Source: Octopus bimaculoides
Taxonomy: Eukaryota
Assembly (NCBI RefSeq): GCF_001194135.2
Contig: NC_069003.1
Coordinates: 28,149,916-28,213,915 of the forward strand
Direction of reading: 5' to 3'
DNA length: 64,000 nucleotides
The notes beneath the pieces are model-generated. The model worked only from the letters and a program-made list of their open reading frames with translations, did no database searches and was not told the DNA's origin. Each line of letters opens with the position of its first letter. The stretch's first letter is position 1. Of the stretch, positions 1 to 13,763 are shown piece after piece. Both the position numbers and the translations under genes were made by a program.

Positions 1-392
1 ATCAACTTGCAAAATCTCTCATTTCTCAAACAAAGACATTTTAATCCCTATTTGTTTAGACTGGTGAAGGAAAATTCACATTAAGACTGCAGAAATTCAC
101 TTTCAATTTTGAGCAAATTTTCTTTGATATAACATGTTGTTTAATATATATCACTTTGGTATTTTAGCAGAAAAAGAATGCTACCTTTCTAAACATTATT
201 TGGATATTTCTTATGCAGTATTTTTCAATATTTAAAATATATTTATTAGATTTGAATATTTAAAATATAGTATATAATTTTTAGACTATGGAATATTTCA
301 GTATTTAAAATTTATTAATTTAGCAATGATTGTAAAATACCTTTTTCATAACTTTTAATAAAAGACAGGAAATAAAGAGCAAAAAAACTTAC

Positions 393-419
393 CAGTTGTT
401 GTAGGTGTTGTAGTTGGTA
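393..419 (-). CDS. 27-nt microexon, (V)PTTTPTTT, mucin-like
   Basis: Acceptor ttctttacag, donor G|GTAAGT, phase 1-1. Confidence 0.8.
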
Positions 420-1092
420 CTGTAAAGAAAATGATAAGAAAAAATTAGTTTCAGAAGTTTATGATTGCCAATAATTGCTTCAGTAATTATTTTACAGTGA
501 AAAAAGGCAAAATTAATCATAATTTGAATGGATACATTATTATTACAGAAGAATGTCTCTTTGGAATTGCTTATGCAACATTCTTGATAATATAATCTAT
601 TAATTTCCTACCAAGCTGTCTTTTTGATGTCTAACTTCACTATGAAGTGAGGCTAGAAGTTTTTTTTTGAATATGTATGTATGGGGAAGAATTATAAGTG
701 ACAGGTGCTAATAAAATAAATTGTCAGTGAGACAAACGTTTACTGAGAGTTTATGAAGTTTCAATCAATAGATAAACTCATGGAGGGTGTCAGTGATACC
801 CACCTAGCAAATTAATGATGTGGTATTTGTACTAGGAGAACTTAAATCATTGTCTTACATAATTTTGTACAAAATCAGTTCCATTTGTATAGTAGTCAAA
901 TTCACAGTAATATTTTGAGATATAAAATTATTAACTTTGATTAACTAAATGATTAATATTAGTGCAGTATATTAAACAGAAAGTAATTACCAGGATATAA
1001 TATATGTTTTATAATGGCTTTCTAAAAGTGTCCAAAAACATGACTGCTGTGGTGCAAATTGTAAAGTTAGTTTGAAACTAGACAAAACTTAC

Positions 1093-1122
1093 CAGTAGGC
1101 TCAGTTGGAGGTTCAGTTGTAG
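1093..1122 (-). CDS. 30-nt microexon, (A)TTEPPTEPT
   Basis: Acceptor ttttgcaatag, donor G|GTAAGT, phase 1-1. Confidence 0.8.
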
Positions 1123-1649
1123 CTATTGCAAAATAAAAGTATTATTTCCATTATGAAGTGATGAAAACTTTTGTAATTGTTATAATTTATACAAATTAAT
1201 TTAGAAATCCATTAAATGTACTGTTATTTTCTATTTGCTATATATTGAGATTCTATATTCACTGACATTCAATCAGACCATAAATGGAAATTTATGATTG
1301 AATGAATATATTCTTACACTAAAGTATAGAAAGTCATACACAAACATTTCACAATTAAGTTTATGATAAACTTTATAAGCACAAAATATAACAAGTTTAT
1401 TGCTGTTACAGAAATTCTAAAGTAAAAACTCTTTGCATACATAACTACTTTTTGCAGTCAAATTACATTAATTTTAAAATCCAATAAAAGTAATGAAAAT
1501 TTGCATAAATAGATTAAATTCATTTCTGAATATGAATTGCCATTTTAAACAAAATTGAAAGGTGCAAATATAGGAGAGAATTTTTGTGTCATATAATAAA
1601 TATGTTTTAACTCTTACTATTGTGTTTTTTTTTGTTGTTGTTGGTTTGG

Positions 1650-2580
1650 TCTGAGAGAAGTGGTTGAGCCCATGACCACTAGAGGATGTCCGAGACCAAT
1701 GAGATAAGCATAAATAAAGTTTCTTTCAAACAGCTACATGGAGAACAATGAGCATGTTTTGGGAAGGTAGGATTAAGAGAAGTGGTTATTGTGAGCCTGA
1801 GACAATGGCAGACCTAGGTTTAAAAAATAAATATTGGTGATCTTTAAAGAGAGATTGAAGATATTGGAAAAGGTAGCTGTTAATGACTGACTCTCACATT
1901 TTTTAGATGTAGGATGTAAGAATGATATGATGGTAGAAGAGTTGCCTACATGGGAAGAAGACACGCATAGTGCATGTTTACAAATAATTGGATGGATCTC
2001 TGGAATGTCAGTAATAATGAAGAACTTGATGAGCATAGATGCTAGTTCTACAGTACATTCTTTGAGGATAATGGAAGGACATTAACAAAAGTCAGTGATC
2101 ATGTTAATTTGATATGACCAAAGCTGTTTTTATATTTTAAGTGTGTGTGCACTTGCTGATGAGATTTGTGGTGTGGAGAGGAAATATCTTCGATGAAATT
2201 TACTTAATATGTGCAGTGTGGGCTGGGGTAGATCAATAAATGAGGAGGATTTCTGTGGGGGTATATTGCAAACTGTCATAGTTGAGAAGTGAAGAGAAGA
2301 AGAACTCCATAAAAGTTTGTAGAGATAAATCTGGCAGGAGACCAAAATGATTTGCAGCGCTGCAGGAAGTGGAAGTGTTTCCAGGTTCTCTGATGCATGG
2401 AGGTACGCATCATGTTTCAGATGTAGACGTATCAAAGGGTAAAAGCTATTCAGTTTGTAAGTGTGGGCAATTTTCTTGAAGCATTGTAGGCCACAATCTT
2501 TGCTCACACAACTACAGTATAGCTATTAGTGGATGACTCAGTATATTAGGAGTAATGAATTTTGGTTTTGTATAGGATGG
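1650..2580 (-). mobile_element. Highly degenerate retroelement remnant, family uncertain
   Basis: Coding-like composition with broken minus-strand frames, and patchy similarity to 15720-16260. Confidence 0.35.
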
Positions 2581-3448
2581 GAAAAGACATAATTAAGATT
2601 TCAATAACCTGTTTAATCTTCTTTTATCATTAACTTGAGATTCACATTGCCAATTATTCAAATAACTGAATATTTGGTAATGTGATTCAAAATATTAACA
2701 TCAATTTGGGTGTGTGTTTGTGTGCATGCATGCGTGTGTGTGTGTGCATGCATGCGCATATGTGTGTGTGTTTTCTCTGCAATTCTTTGCTGTATAATGT
2801 TTATTCTCTCATATATTTACATTTACCACAATTTTTTACTTTGTTTGAAAAGCAACTACAAACAATTTTTATATAATTTGGGATGTATTTGAAATTTCAC
2901 AATCATTTTCGTTTTGCAAAATAAAACTATGACAACGCTAGCAGTAACTAAAACCGGCAAAATTCAATATTCTTGGACAAGATTTTGTAAGTGTTGTATA
3001 AAATTAACAGTAAATAATTTACATAACACAATGTGGAAGAATACAGTACATTTGGAAAGTAGTTTATACATTTGATGAGCATTATCATTTTAATTGCATG
3101 CAATGTGGAAAGGTAGAAAATAACATTGAATTTATCTCTATGGTTCAAGCTTGGAATTGTGTCAAGCTGACAGTGAGATTAAGAAGTGATCTACTAATGT
3201 GAAAATTAATGTGATCATGATAATTTAAGCAGGAAAGTTATCAAAAAAACTTTCTATCTATGACTTGCAAAATTAACAGAAATCTCAAGAATAAATGTGC
3301 ATTAAATATTAATCAGCAATGAAATGTGTATAACTCAGAAACAAAGACAATACCTGTAAATATCTTTTATGATAACAGCAATTATTATATCATTTCGTTG
3401 CTGTCATAGTAGAGACACCAGAAGTTACATGATCATTTAATTTGTTGC

Positions 3449-3837
3449 GGTGGAGGCGCAATGGCCCAGTGGTTAGGGCAGCGGACTCGCGGTCATAGGA
3501 TCGTGGTTTCGATTCCCAGACTGGGCGTTGTGAGTGTTTATTGAGTGAAAACACTTAAAGTTCCACGAGGCTCCGGCAGGGGATGGTGGCGAACCCTGCT
3601 GTACTCTTCCACCACAACTTTCTCTCACTCTTTCTTCCTGTTTCTGTTGTGCCTGTAATTCCAAAGGGCCAGCCTTGTCACACTGTGTCACGCTGAATAT
3701 CCCCGAGAACTACGTTAAGGGTACACGTGTCAGTGGAGTGCTCAGCCACTTGCACGTTAATTTCACAAGCAGGCTGTTCCGTTGATTGGATCAACTGGAA
3801 CCCTCGACGTTGCAAGCGACGGAGTGCCAACAACAAC
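3449..3837 (+). mobile_element. Full-length tRNA-derived SINE
   Basis: A box TGGCCCAGTGG, B box GGTTTCGATTCC, (CAA)n tail, and candidate TSD aatttgtYgc at 3439-3448 / 3838-3847. Related copies lie at about 58 kb and 28 kb. Confidence 0.85.
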
Positions 3838-5040
3838 AATTTGTCGCAACTACTTTCAAACAAAAGTGCAATGTATGGAGTACATTATCTTATATCTTTT
3901 GTTGTTAACAATTTTGTGAAACTGGTCATCTCATTAGAATTTTCAAGTAAAAGATTCATTATTAAATGTTATGTGATCGTTAAATTACTGAATTATTTCC
4001 AAATTGGCTGAGATTTTAATTTTTCTATGATTTCCTTGAATGATATATCCATTTTTTAAGCAAAATATAAGAAAAAGAAAATTATCTTACCATGAGTTTT
4101 GCCCTGATTTGACATTGTAGAAAATTTTTCCAACATGATTCAAATATGAAGGTATACCAAGCTGTCTTAGAAAAAATATTTTTCTACCAATGTAAATCAA
4201 TTCTTAAATTTCTAGTAAAGGTTAATGTAGTTTTAAAATTATGGCACCTCATGCAACGCTATAAAAACATTAAATAAAGGGTTTGGATGATCTAGAATGT
4301 TGAGCAATAATTTATATTTAGTGCTACTTTGAAATTGACAGCAAATGAAGAATAAAATGCATTTACGATGATACGAACAATTCTAAGTGAAAAGTTTGGC
4401 CATGTACTTAGAATTAGAATGGCAAAAATTTTTGGATTTGAATGAGTAGTTATGATATTTTTGCATGATATTTTTGATTCTTGGCAAAAGTTTATGATAT
4501 GTCGGGGAAAATTTTTTAAATATGTATAATTAAGACCTTTGGAAACTATATCAACAAATGGAGCAGCTTAGCCACTAGTACATATAGTTGTAAAGAGGTG
4601 AGAGAGATTAAAGCTACTATTACATGCCTGGGTGTTGAGAAAACAGTATAGGTGGACTAAGACTTTTAATTGCCATAAAGTTTCTTTGCAATAATATAAG
4701 TGAGTGAACGAATGGGTGAGTGATGAGACAATGATAAATAACATTCTTCATAATAAGTGATTCAGTGTGACTAAATGATACTAATAGCATTTGGTGTTAA
4801 AATTATGCATATGAGCAACAATTATGCAATGTTATATACCAATACAATGGAATGTTATGATCAGTTTATACTACATGAAAAGAAGTTTGAAATATTTGCA
4901 ATAAATTACTGTGAAACTATTGTGTGCTTAAACTATTTGTGATTTTTAATTGTCATAATTTTACCATTAGAGTGCAGTGTTTCCCTAAGCATCCACATAA
5001 AACTAACTTTTCTACGTGTTCCTATTTTAAACGTTCTTAC

Positions 5041-5610
5041 CTGGAGCTATTTTCTCAAGAATTTTATCCTTAAGAAATTCTATCTCATCAAGACTTTCCA
5101 CAGTGAAAGCATTTTCTTTGGCAGGAGAGGAACAAATTTGAATCAACTCTCTTGTGTCATATAATTTAAAGCCGATGGCATAAACATGAATGTTAGCTGC
5201 ATGAGTCAATCTAGCTTGAGGAACTGTCTGATAGTGTTCAATATTAGAAATACCATCTGTAATGACGATCGCAATATTTCGTGCATCAGGTCTATCTCCA
5301 TTCTCAGGTGTAAACATTTTATTACGCAAAGTGCGAAACATATGAGCAGCATTTGTGCTGCCATATCTATAACGGATATTATCAATTGCATCCAGCATTT
5401 CACTCTTGGAAAGGAAGTCATTGAGATAAAATTGAATATACACTCTTGTACTGTATAATGCCAAACCAATACGAACACTGCCATAATCAATGTCAGCTTC
5501 TGATACAAAACTTTTTATGTAGTCAATAAATTTTTGGAAATTCCTTTGTCCGACACTTGTTGAAGAATCAACCAGGAAAATTAAGTCAGTAGGTATAGTC
5601 TTCTGAACAC
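5041..5610 (-). CDS. VWA domain exon (570 nt) with complete MIDAS
   Basis: Acceptor tttttaatag, donor G|GTAAGA. Translates GVQKTIPTDLIFLVDSSTSVG...VRIGLALYS...GSTNAA...VITDG...VYAIG...KIAP. It extends the ORF-track ORF 5027..5464 upstream. Confidence 0.93.
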
Positions 5611-6234
5611 CTATTAAAAAGTTTAAAGAAACAGCTACATTTCTATTACATGTACATACAAGTCTTTAAATTATTTTAAAACTATTCAAGATTTCTATAT
5701 AGAATGCTAATTCAGAGAACAGGTGTTTAATAAAGATGAAAACAGAACTAATAATAATGGTCTTTTACATTAGACCCAAAGCTTTGATGGAACATACATT
5801 CATAATGAAGATGGGTGAAACTTTTAGCCATTTAACCCAGTTTGTTACAATCCATATCTAATATCCATATCTATTCAGTAACTTTAAGAGAACTGTTTGT
5901 GATATAAAAATGTTCTGTCAATTAGTGGAACTAAATAAAATCTACTTCAGTCTTTCAATTTGACAATATTCATTCAAAATGTACAAACCGCTTTAGCTTG
6001 CTTGCCTTAATGATAATTTCTTTTAAGACAAAATGTCAATGTTTGAATGTTATGAGCATAACAGATTCATTATAGTAGAAATATTTAACTGCTGAATAAT
6101 GAAGGACAAATTTGTCTTTGGAGAGATTTGAATTCTGAGACAAGAGAGAAGTACTACAAAGAATTTTGTCTGATACTCTAACAATTCTGTCACATAACGA
6201 CGATTATGATGATGATAATTTCTGACTTATGCAC

Positions 6235-6430
6235 AAAGCCAACAATTTTGAGGGGAGGAATTAGTCGATACCAGTGACATCAGTACTAGACTGGACTGGT
6301 GCTTTATTAATACTGCAGGGATGGAAAGCAGAGTTGACCTTGGCAGGAATTGGACATAGGAAGTAAAGGAGTCAGAAGAAATACTGATAAGCATGTTGCC
6401 TGATGCTTTAAAAAATTTGCCAATCCATTA
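6235..6430 (-). mobile_element. Degenerate SINE, same family
   Basis: actggtgctttatt...ggatggaaagcagagttgaccttggcag. Confidence 0.6.
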
Positions 6431-6622
6431 TATAAATGATGAAATGTTTTCAAATGCTCAAAGGAAAGTAAAATTCTATACTAAAAGTTGGAGTTTAAAT
6501 AGACTGAGGTAATTCAGAAGAGTTTTATATTGTTATAACAAAGTTAACTGATTTGTAGGTAGCTGGTTCTAAGTTTAAACATATTGAAATATTATTTTGT
6601 AAAACAGAAATATACATCTTAC

Positions 6623-6649
6623 CTTGAGGAGGAGCTTCAGGAATAATCA
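6623..6649 (-). CDS. 27-nt linker microexon, (V)IIPEAPPQ
   Basis: Acceptor tattttgacag, donor G|GTAAGA, phase 1-1, between two VWA exons. Confidence 0.8.
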
Positions 6650-7727
6650 CTGTCAAAATAAAGAAGGTAATATTGTTCCCATTCCATATTAGTTATACAT
6701 GAAAATAACATGAAAAATGCAGATATTAAGATATAAAGGTAATGGTGTAATGTTCATATACTTAGAAATTTCTCAAGAAATTAAATAATTTATTTTCTGA
6801 ATTATGCAATGCACCACAAGCAGTATATTACTATATACATGGGCATTCATTTATAAATAAATGCATTAATCTTTATTTTTATACAAGGTTACCTTTTTTG
6901 AATTCTAGAATCAAAGATAGATTTTTTTCTGTGCTCAATTTCGAACAGTATTGCTTTAAAAACTAGATTTTTCTTTTTCTTTGGATGTGTCATACTATTT
7001 TCTCTGTATAACGACCACATTTTTATAGCTTCATATTTAAATTACATGTCTAGTAGACAAATAGAGCTATGCTATCAATATCTACTACAAAGTAAAAACA
7101 TCTAAAGAAAAGTTGATATATATTTGCTTACTTCCATAAACTGTGATGTTAGTTGTAAGGTATTCTGAAGAGTTTCTAAGTATTTTTTTGAAAATGCCAT
7201 GAATACTTTCATGTTATCTATTTTATTTTTGAATTCTTTTGAAATTCATAATAAATGCGAAACAAAGAAAATTAAAGAATGAAAAAATAACAGAGTATTC
7301 TCAATTCTCTTTTAAAATAACTATAATGTAAATACAGAGGCATATATCAACTTTCTATCCAGTTTTTGAGCTAGAAGTATATACAGAGCTTTCAAATAGT
7401 AGCACTTGCATCTGCAAGTTGTTTGCAAAAAAATATTCTGTTAAATAAATACTGTATCGTAGACAGAAGAGTGATTTTATCAAAGTACTATATCTGAATA
7501 AATAACCTAATAAAAATAAATAGTAGATGCTAAGAAATGCAATTCAATGCAATACTGTAATTACATAATTTTCTAACATTTTTGTAAAACATCTAAAATA
7601 GTATTGCAACAAAAGTTAATAAGGAGTTCTCTTATTATTATTATTATTATTTGGTGGATAGTATACATATTTAGGAAACAATTTTAAAATAGTCTAATAA
7701 GTGTAACTTATAGCATGACAAACTTAC

Positions 7728-8297
7728 CTGGACAAAGGTTTTTTAGTAATGTAGATTTAATATCCAAGAGTTGACCAAACTTTGGTACAGTAATTCTGTT
7801 CTTGAGAATTGGATGAGTAGCAATTAGATCCAATTCACGAGTGTCAGTCAGACCAATTCCAATTGCATACATTTTTATTTCCTTATTTTTGGCATTCCTG
7901 ACAGCATTTGGTAATCTGTAGGAATTCAGGTTTGATAGACCATCAGTGATGATAACAGCAATATTAGCAACATTTTCTCTATCCCCATTTCGGCCATGAA
8001 ACATATCTTCATGCATAATACGTATAGCTTCTGCCAGGTTAGCACTACCATGCCTAAAAGGGATGCTGTCAATGGCGGCTAACAATTCTTCTTTGTTGTT
8101 GTAATCATTTAAACGAAAATGAATTCGGACATCATTGCTAAAAGAGAGGATACCAACTTGTACCCCTTCATTGTTAATAGGAACATCAGACAGAAGGGAT
8201 TTCACAAATGAAAGTAAAATTCTGAAATTTGCTCTTCCAACACTGGTTGACGAATCCAAAACAAAGACAAGGTCAAGTTGGGCATCGCTACAGTCTC
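7728..8297 (-). CDS. VWA domain exon (570 nt)
   Basis: Acceptor catctctgtag, donor G|GTAAGT. GDCSDAQLDLVFVLDSSTSVG...IITDG...MYAIGIG...KNLCP, inside ORF 7708..8385. Confidence 0.93.
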
Positions 8298-9242
8298 CTA
8301 CAGAGATGTTTAATAAAGGCACACAATATAATAATACATTCATATAGACAATATTTACAAAAAAAAACAACACATGTAAATACAAATAAAACTAATAAAA
8401 ATATATCAGAAAGTTTCTATTTCTACATGAAGTCTTTGTAATAATTTGTTTCTTTGTTGATGACTTTAGACAACATTACTAAAATCACTAATAAATATCT
8501 TGCTTATACACACTCGCACATATGTGATTTTGATTTAGTTTGATTTAGGCATCCTTTTGTGCTCTTTAGAAAAATACAGTACTCTAATGTATAAAGATAT
8601 TAAAGACACAACCCCAGTATACAATATGGCAGCTGGTCTTAGGAAGAACAGCAATGACATAGTTACTGTAAGGACACTTAGTTACTGTAAGGATGCTTAG
8701 TTACTTCAAAATGTGTACATTGATGAAAAGGAGTATTACACCTACCAACATGAATAAATTGATTTTCCCAAGAAAAAAAGAACTTGTGGTAAGAAATGAT
8801 AGTTTAATGGACTGAGTGTAATACTTTGCTATGTTTAAGTTGATTACTGAGATAATGTATATAAGGGAAGGAAAGGTGACGGAACTGAAACACATAAATT
8901 CTGAACTTCTGAATTAAAAACTGAAAAACAGATTCTAGTTCCACCCTTTCTTAGCCAATTCAGAATTATACACATAAAAACATATATACACACTATCTTA
9001 CACACATTATGAAACTTGAGGATATTTATAAATATATACACAATCAGTCAGACTTCCAAAGAAAAATTTACTTTTGCACTGTGAAAATTCCCCTATGCCA
9101 TTATTATTAACAACATTACTGTTATCTATATCAATTATTATAACAATTATTAAGAATAATAACAATAACAACAACAATAATAATAATGAGGTTGCTGTTG
9201 CTGTTGTTATAACTGTGGTATTCACTTTCCTGCATGACTTAC

Positions 9243-9284
9243 CAAACTTTTGAAAAGCATATTTTGGGGCTGTATGTGTTGGTT
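9243..9284 (-). CDS. 42-nt linker exon, (E)PTHTAPKYAFQKF
   Basis: Acceptor ctttttcttcag, donor G|GTAAGT, phase 1-1. Confidence 0.7.
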
Positions 9285-9495
9285 CTGAAGAAAAAGATAT
9301 TTTCATATTATTTTTTATTTAAATATAGCTTATTTAAATACAAGCCTGAAACAAAATTATATTGCTAACAATTCTCAAAAAATAATCATGAATAAATTCA
9401 TTTTTGAAATACTGATTTAATATCATCTGTACAATATGAATAATCCACCCACCAACAAATAATTGCATGTGTCTGTGTTTGTGTATACATATATA

Positions 9496-9497
<2 letters not shown>

Positions 9498-9537
<40 letters not shown>
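9498..9537. repeat. (TA)n microsatellite
   Basis: Direct reading. Confidence 0.95.
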
Positions 9538-9543
<6 letters not shown>

Positions 9544-9981
9544 CACATATATAAAATCATTATGTGTGTGCATGTAACACACATTAAAAGACATTGCTAT
9601 ATGAATTTCTCCAATACTTTCTAAATATTGTACAAAAATCTGCATGTGTAGTTCCCTTCTTTCAATGTAGTTGATGAATATCTCTAATTCTCTCATCCCC
9701 TCTCTCCCTACACACACACACACACACGCACCTTTTCTTTGGCTGATGACTAAGTTCCATTCTGACTGATAGGTTGTAAGCCAATCTGGTCATATGCCAG
9801 ATTAATTTTCATTCAAATGCAACTAATGATCGAAAGCAACGGAGTGAGAGACAGTGGCAAGCAGTGGATACCTGCATTGCCAGATGCTGCCATAGTTATA
9901 TAATGCACAGCTGTCCAATGTCCAAAAATCAATTTTTTATTTCCTTATCTTTTGTTGTGGTAAGTGCAGAAGGTCATAAAG

Positions 9982-9992
<11 letters not shown>

Positions 9993-10034
<42 letters not shown>

Positions 10035-10072
10035 NNNNNNNNNNATATATATTTATATATATATATATATAT
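9993..10072. repeat. (TA)n microsatellite with N gap
   Basis: Direct reading. Confidence 0.9.
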
Positions 10073-11870
10073 TCACTGTGCAACGATGAAATTCAATTGT
10101 TAGATTAACTGAATTACCTGTTCCTAAATGAATGTGAAAGTGACTGAACATTCCACAGATATATGTGCCCTAAATGTAATTTCAGGCAGTACCAACATGA
10201 CCCAGTATGTGACAAGGCTGTACCTTTTTTAACAATAGATACAATGAACCTATAGTCTTCTACACAGTTTCCATGTACCAAGTTTCACTCACAAACTTAG
10301 GGATGGATGCTATAGAAATTGACATTTGCCCAAAATGCTATGTAAAGGATCGAATTGGAACCTCATAAGCGTGAAGCAAACTTCTTAACCATTCAGTCAA
10401 TACACACATACTTAGATATATTCATCAGAAGCAAGAATAATTGAAAAAGGAAACTAAATGTACAGATTTTTACCTCTGCATTATTTAGAAATAGTTAGAT
10501 AAATAGATATAGTAATGGCTTTAATATATCTTTAAAGGGAATAATGGTAATTAAAATAGTTATGTTTAATATGTGTCTAATAATAAAAAAAATTAATAAG
10601 TTTTGTTTTTTTGTTAATTTAGGTAATCTAATTAGATAACTTAAAAGATTAACAAAAGGAGAAACTAATTACAATTAATATTAGATTGATGTATAATTGA
10701 AAAATTACATTAAAAATAACTGATAAGAAAAGTTGGGATAACTACAGTTTTTTTATTTATTTTGTATTCATAATATATTTAAATATAATATCTAACAGTT
10801 TCATGAAAATTCTTATCATAATGATATCACTATTTAGTTAAATTTGTTTAGGATACTTCTTAATTAACTTGATAACATTATATTTTGAAAATGCAACAAT
10901 ATAAATTAGAATTCAATAATTAAAAAAAAAATTCCACTTATCACTTTTGGATATTTTTTTATCAAAATGAATTACAGAATAAAGTAAGATACTTTAATGT
11001 TTCTCCTTATAAATCAACAAGCCATTTTTTAATTAAATGAACATCACATTACATGAATAGATAAGGCATTTTTTCACATCACCATTAAGCTAGAACATAG
11101 TTTTTGCCTACCCTATTAAAAATAAGAAAATAAAATGTACTTTTTAATAAAACACATTTATAAAAATGTGTAATGTGCACCCATAATATTTTATATATAA
11201 AACAATTTCTATTTATTACAAACTAAGGAAACCATCAGAAAAAATGCAAAACATCATTGAAAATATTGATGAATAAAATGATGCTTTAATAATCAACAGG
11301 AGAAAGTTTTGTTAGTGAAGTTGTATGGCTTTCACTTTAGTTAAAGTTATTTAAGATAGAATATCTAAATTTAAATATTTGCTACAGGTATGTGAATTAG
11401 AAAATATATAATTTATGTTAAAAAATTTGCTAAAAACGAATAAAATATTTAGTTCTTAATTATATTTTTGTTGTCTAGTTTGATATATATCATTCAACAC
11501 AAGAAATACATGTTATCTATCTTACACTGAACGGAAAGAAGCATTAACAAGAATTCAAGTTTCAATCAGAAAATGCTAGTGAACAGAAACACAAAAATAC
11601 AAAGAAAACCAGTATTCGTATAAAATATTACAAGGAATATTTACTTTCTCAACAGAGGCCTACATCAAAATCATCCCACAAAAATCTGATTAATGAAGAA
11701 ATTAATGTTATGAATTCGTTTATATCCAATACAATCTCACAGTATAATTTTAGAATGAAATGCTCAATGAACTATATGCAAATGAGAAACATCAATAAAT
11801 TAAATGAGCATTGCATTCTATTCAGATGGTTTGAGGAAAACATCTTTTAAACATTTTAGGTTTGACTCAC

Positions 11871-12317
11871 CAATGTCAAAGGCAAAGATGTGAATTCCTT
11901 CTTTCTGAGCAAGATCAAATTCTACATCAATCACATCTGAATTAGTTGAGTGGGACTGATTATTGAGTAGTAAAAGAGCAAAATTAGGGGCATCAGCTCG
12001 ATCACCAAATCTTTCAGAGAAAACCTGATTTCGCATAATTTTCAAACTCTCTGCTAAGTTTGATCTGCCCTGTTTATATGATGTAACTTCAAGAGCATCA
12101 AGAACCTCATGCTTTGTACTAAATTGGTTCAGATAGAACCTAACATAATTCTTCTGATTAGATATAATCAACCCAACTCGAACATCCCCATGGTCAATAT
12201 TGGCATCAGAAACATAGTCTTTAATAAATGCAAGAGTTTTTCTAAATTTCTTTTTATTACTAATACTGGCAGAATCCACCAAGAAGACAACATCTGACTT
12301 TCCATTATTGTTGATGC
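11871..12317 (-). CDS. Divergent, C-terminally truncated VWA exon (447 nt if the GTGAGT donor is used)
   Basis: Acceptor ctatttctcgtag. GINNNGKSDVVFLVDSASIS...VRVGLI...IFAFDI followed by G|GTGAGT. Without splicing, the frame reads on to TAG at 11818-11820. Confidence 0.8.
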
Positions 12318-13399
12318 CTACGAGAAATAGTGCAGATAAAATTTTATTACAAATCAAAATACAAACATACATTTTGAAAAGAATCCCTACATTGTAAACC
12401 TAAAAGTTTAAATAAGAAAAAATTAAACACAAGCAATATAAGGAATGGTTAAAAAGTTAAAAGTAGATGTAACCATGAGGAATAGAGAATAAAGAACTAA
12501 AATTAAATAAAATCAGCCTTAAAACTGGCTGTTTATTTGTTTAATAGTTTCTTCCTAAAAGATTAATCCTTCCACTAAGCTGATCCAGTACCTAATACAG
12601 TGGTTCTCATAGCCATTCAATGTTTAAAAAATCCTACTATATTTTTATAGTTAAATATTATTAGGAATTGTATGCAAAAAATTGTCAAAATATTTCGAGG
12701 ATTGCACAGAAGTTTTAACAACAAAATTTTATATGAAGCCCCTCCTGCAAGGGTCACATGGACCCCAGTTGGGAACCATTGATCTAATAAAAATTTTGAC
12801 CATTTTGACCATTTTGACCCTTCATATAAATTTATTGTAACTAAAAAATTATTCATACTAGTACAAAGTAGTAATTAAGTTTTTAATAGATAGGAGTAAG
12901 TAGATAAGACTTAAGAGGGACTACAATATAGTTTAAGTATAAGTTCTTAATATAAGAAAATCATGAGCTTGTCCTTCATTGGCATTGCATCTTTACAAAA
13001 TGTGTGCCAATGATGTAATGTCTGGTAAGGCATTTTGAATTTCTAAACTGTTTTACAGATGGTCTTTTTGAAAATCAAACAATATTTTGTTTGATAAAAC
13101 AGTTTTCTAATAATTCAGCACCCTTAGTACTCAAAATCATTTCTATAGGGTCAATTCTGACACCTAACTTAGTCTCTATAGATGCAAAAGATTCTACACT
13201 ATTTTATAGTTACATATGAGGTCTGTAGAAACTGGATATTCAAAATGGGGCTTGAGCCAGTGCCTCAAGCTCATGATTACAGTGGGGTATATGGTAACCT
13301 TGATATTTAGTCTAATATTAGTTACATCATGCCCCACAGTTAATCATTAAATTACATATACTTGACAGTTTAATGTACTTGGTGATTTGTTGGCAAGTT

Positions 13400-13763
13400 A
13401 AGCACTAAAGGATGTCAGCATTTCAAATAGCTCACATGTCACCACTCCTTAACTCCAAAGCATGAGACAATTCTCATCCCATCAACCATTTAATCTCTGG
13501 ATTTGGTACCTGAAGACTTATTTCTGTTTCTAAAGTTGAAATCAATGCTGAAAAGTAGCAGATTTCAAATGTCAGAAGAGATTGAAGAAATTTGCTATGA
13601 GTACCATGCACTGTCCCTGAAATTGGATTCCAAAATTTTTTTTCAAAATTGGATAAAGATGCTGGGATTGAGACAACAACTGGATGGAACTATTATATTA
13701 GGTAAGTAAAGCAATAGCATGGATTTTTTTTAAAGTCTGGATTATTTTTGGACAGACTTTATA
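13400..13763 (+). mobile_element. Mariner 3' fragment
   Basis: SLDLVPEDLFLFLKLKSMLKSSRF resembles the SPDLAPxDFFLFPKLK motif. Confidence 0.65.

Noticed and set aside
3354-3400. AG/GT-bounded 47-nt segment on the minus strand
   Set aside because: Not a multiple of 3, weak donor, and no similarity to the other exons.
3455-3530. tRNA-like A and B boxes
   Set aside because: This is a SINE head that continues into repeat body shared with other copies, so it is not called as a tRNA gene.
4091-4165. Minus-strand donor G|GTAAGA with candidate acceptors
   Set aside because: The 71-nt version breaks frame and the 75-nt version has an in-frame stop.
9007-9306. 99-aa ORF with poly-Leu
   Set aside because: Only the 42-nt splice-bounded part is coding. 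The rest is intronic trinucleotide repeat.
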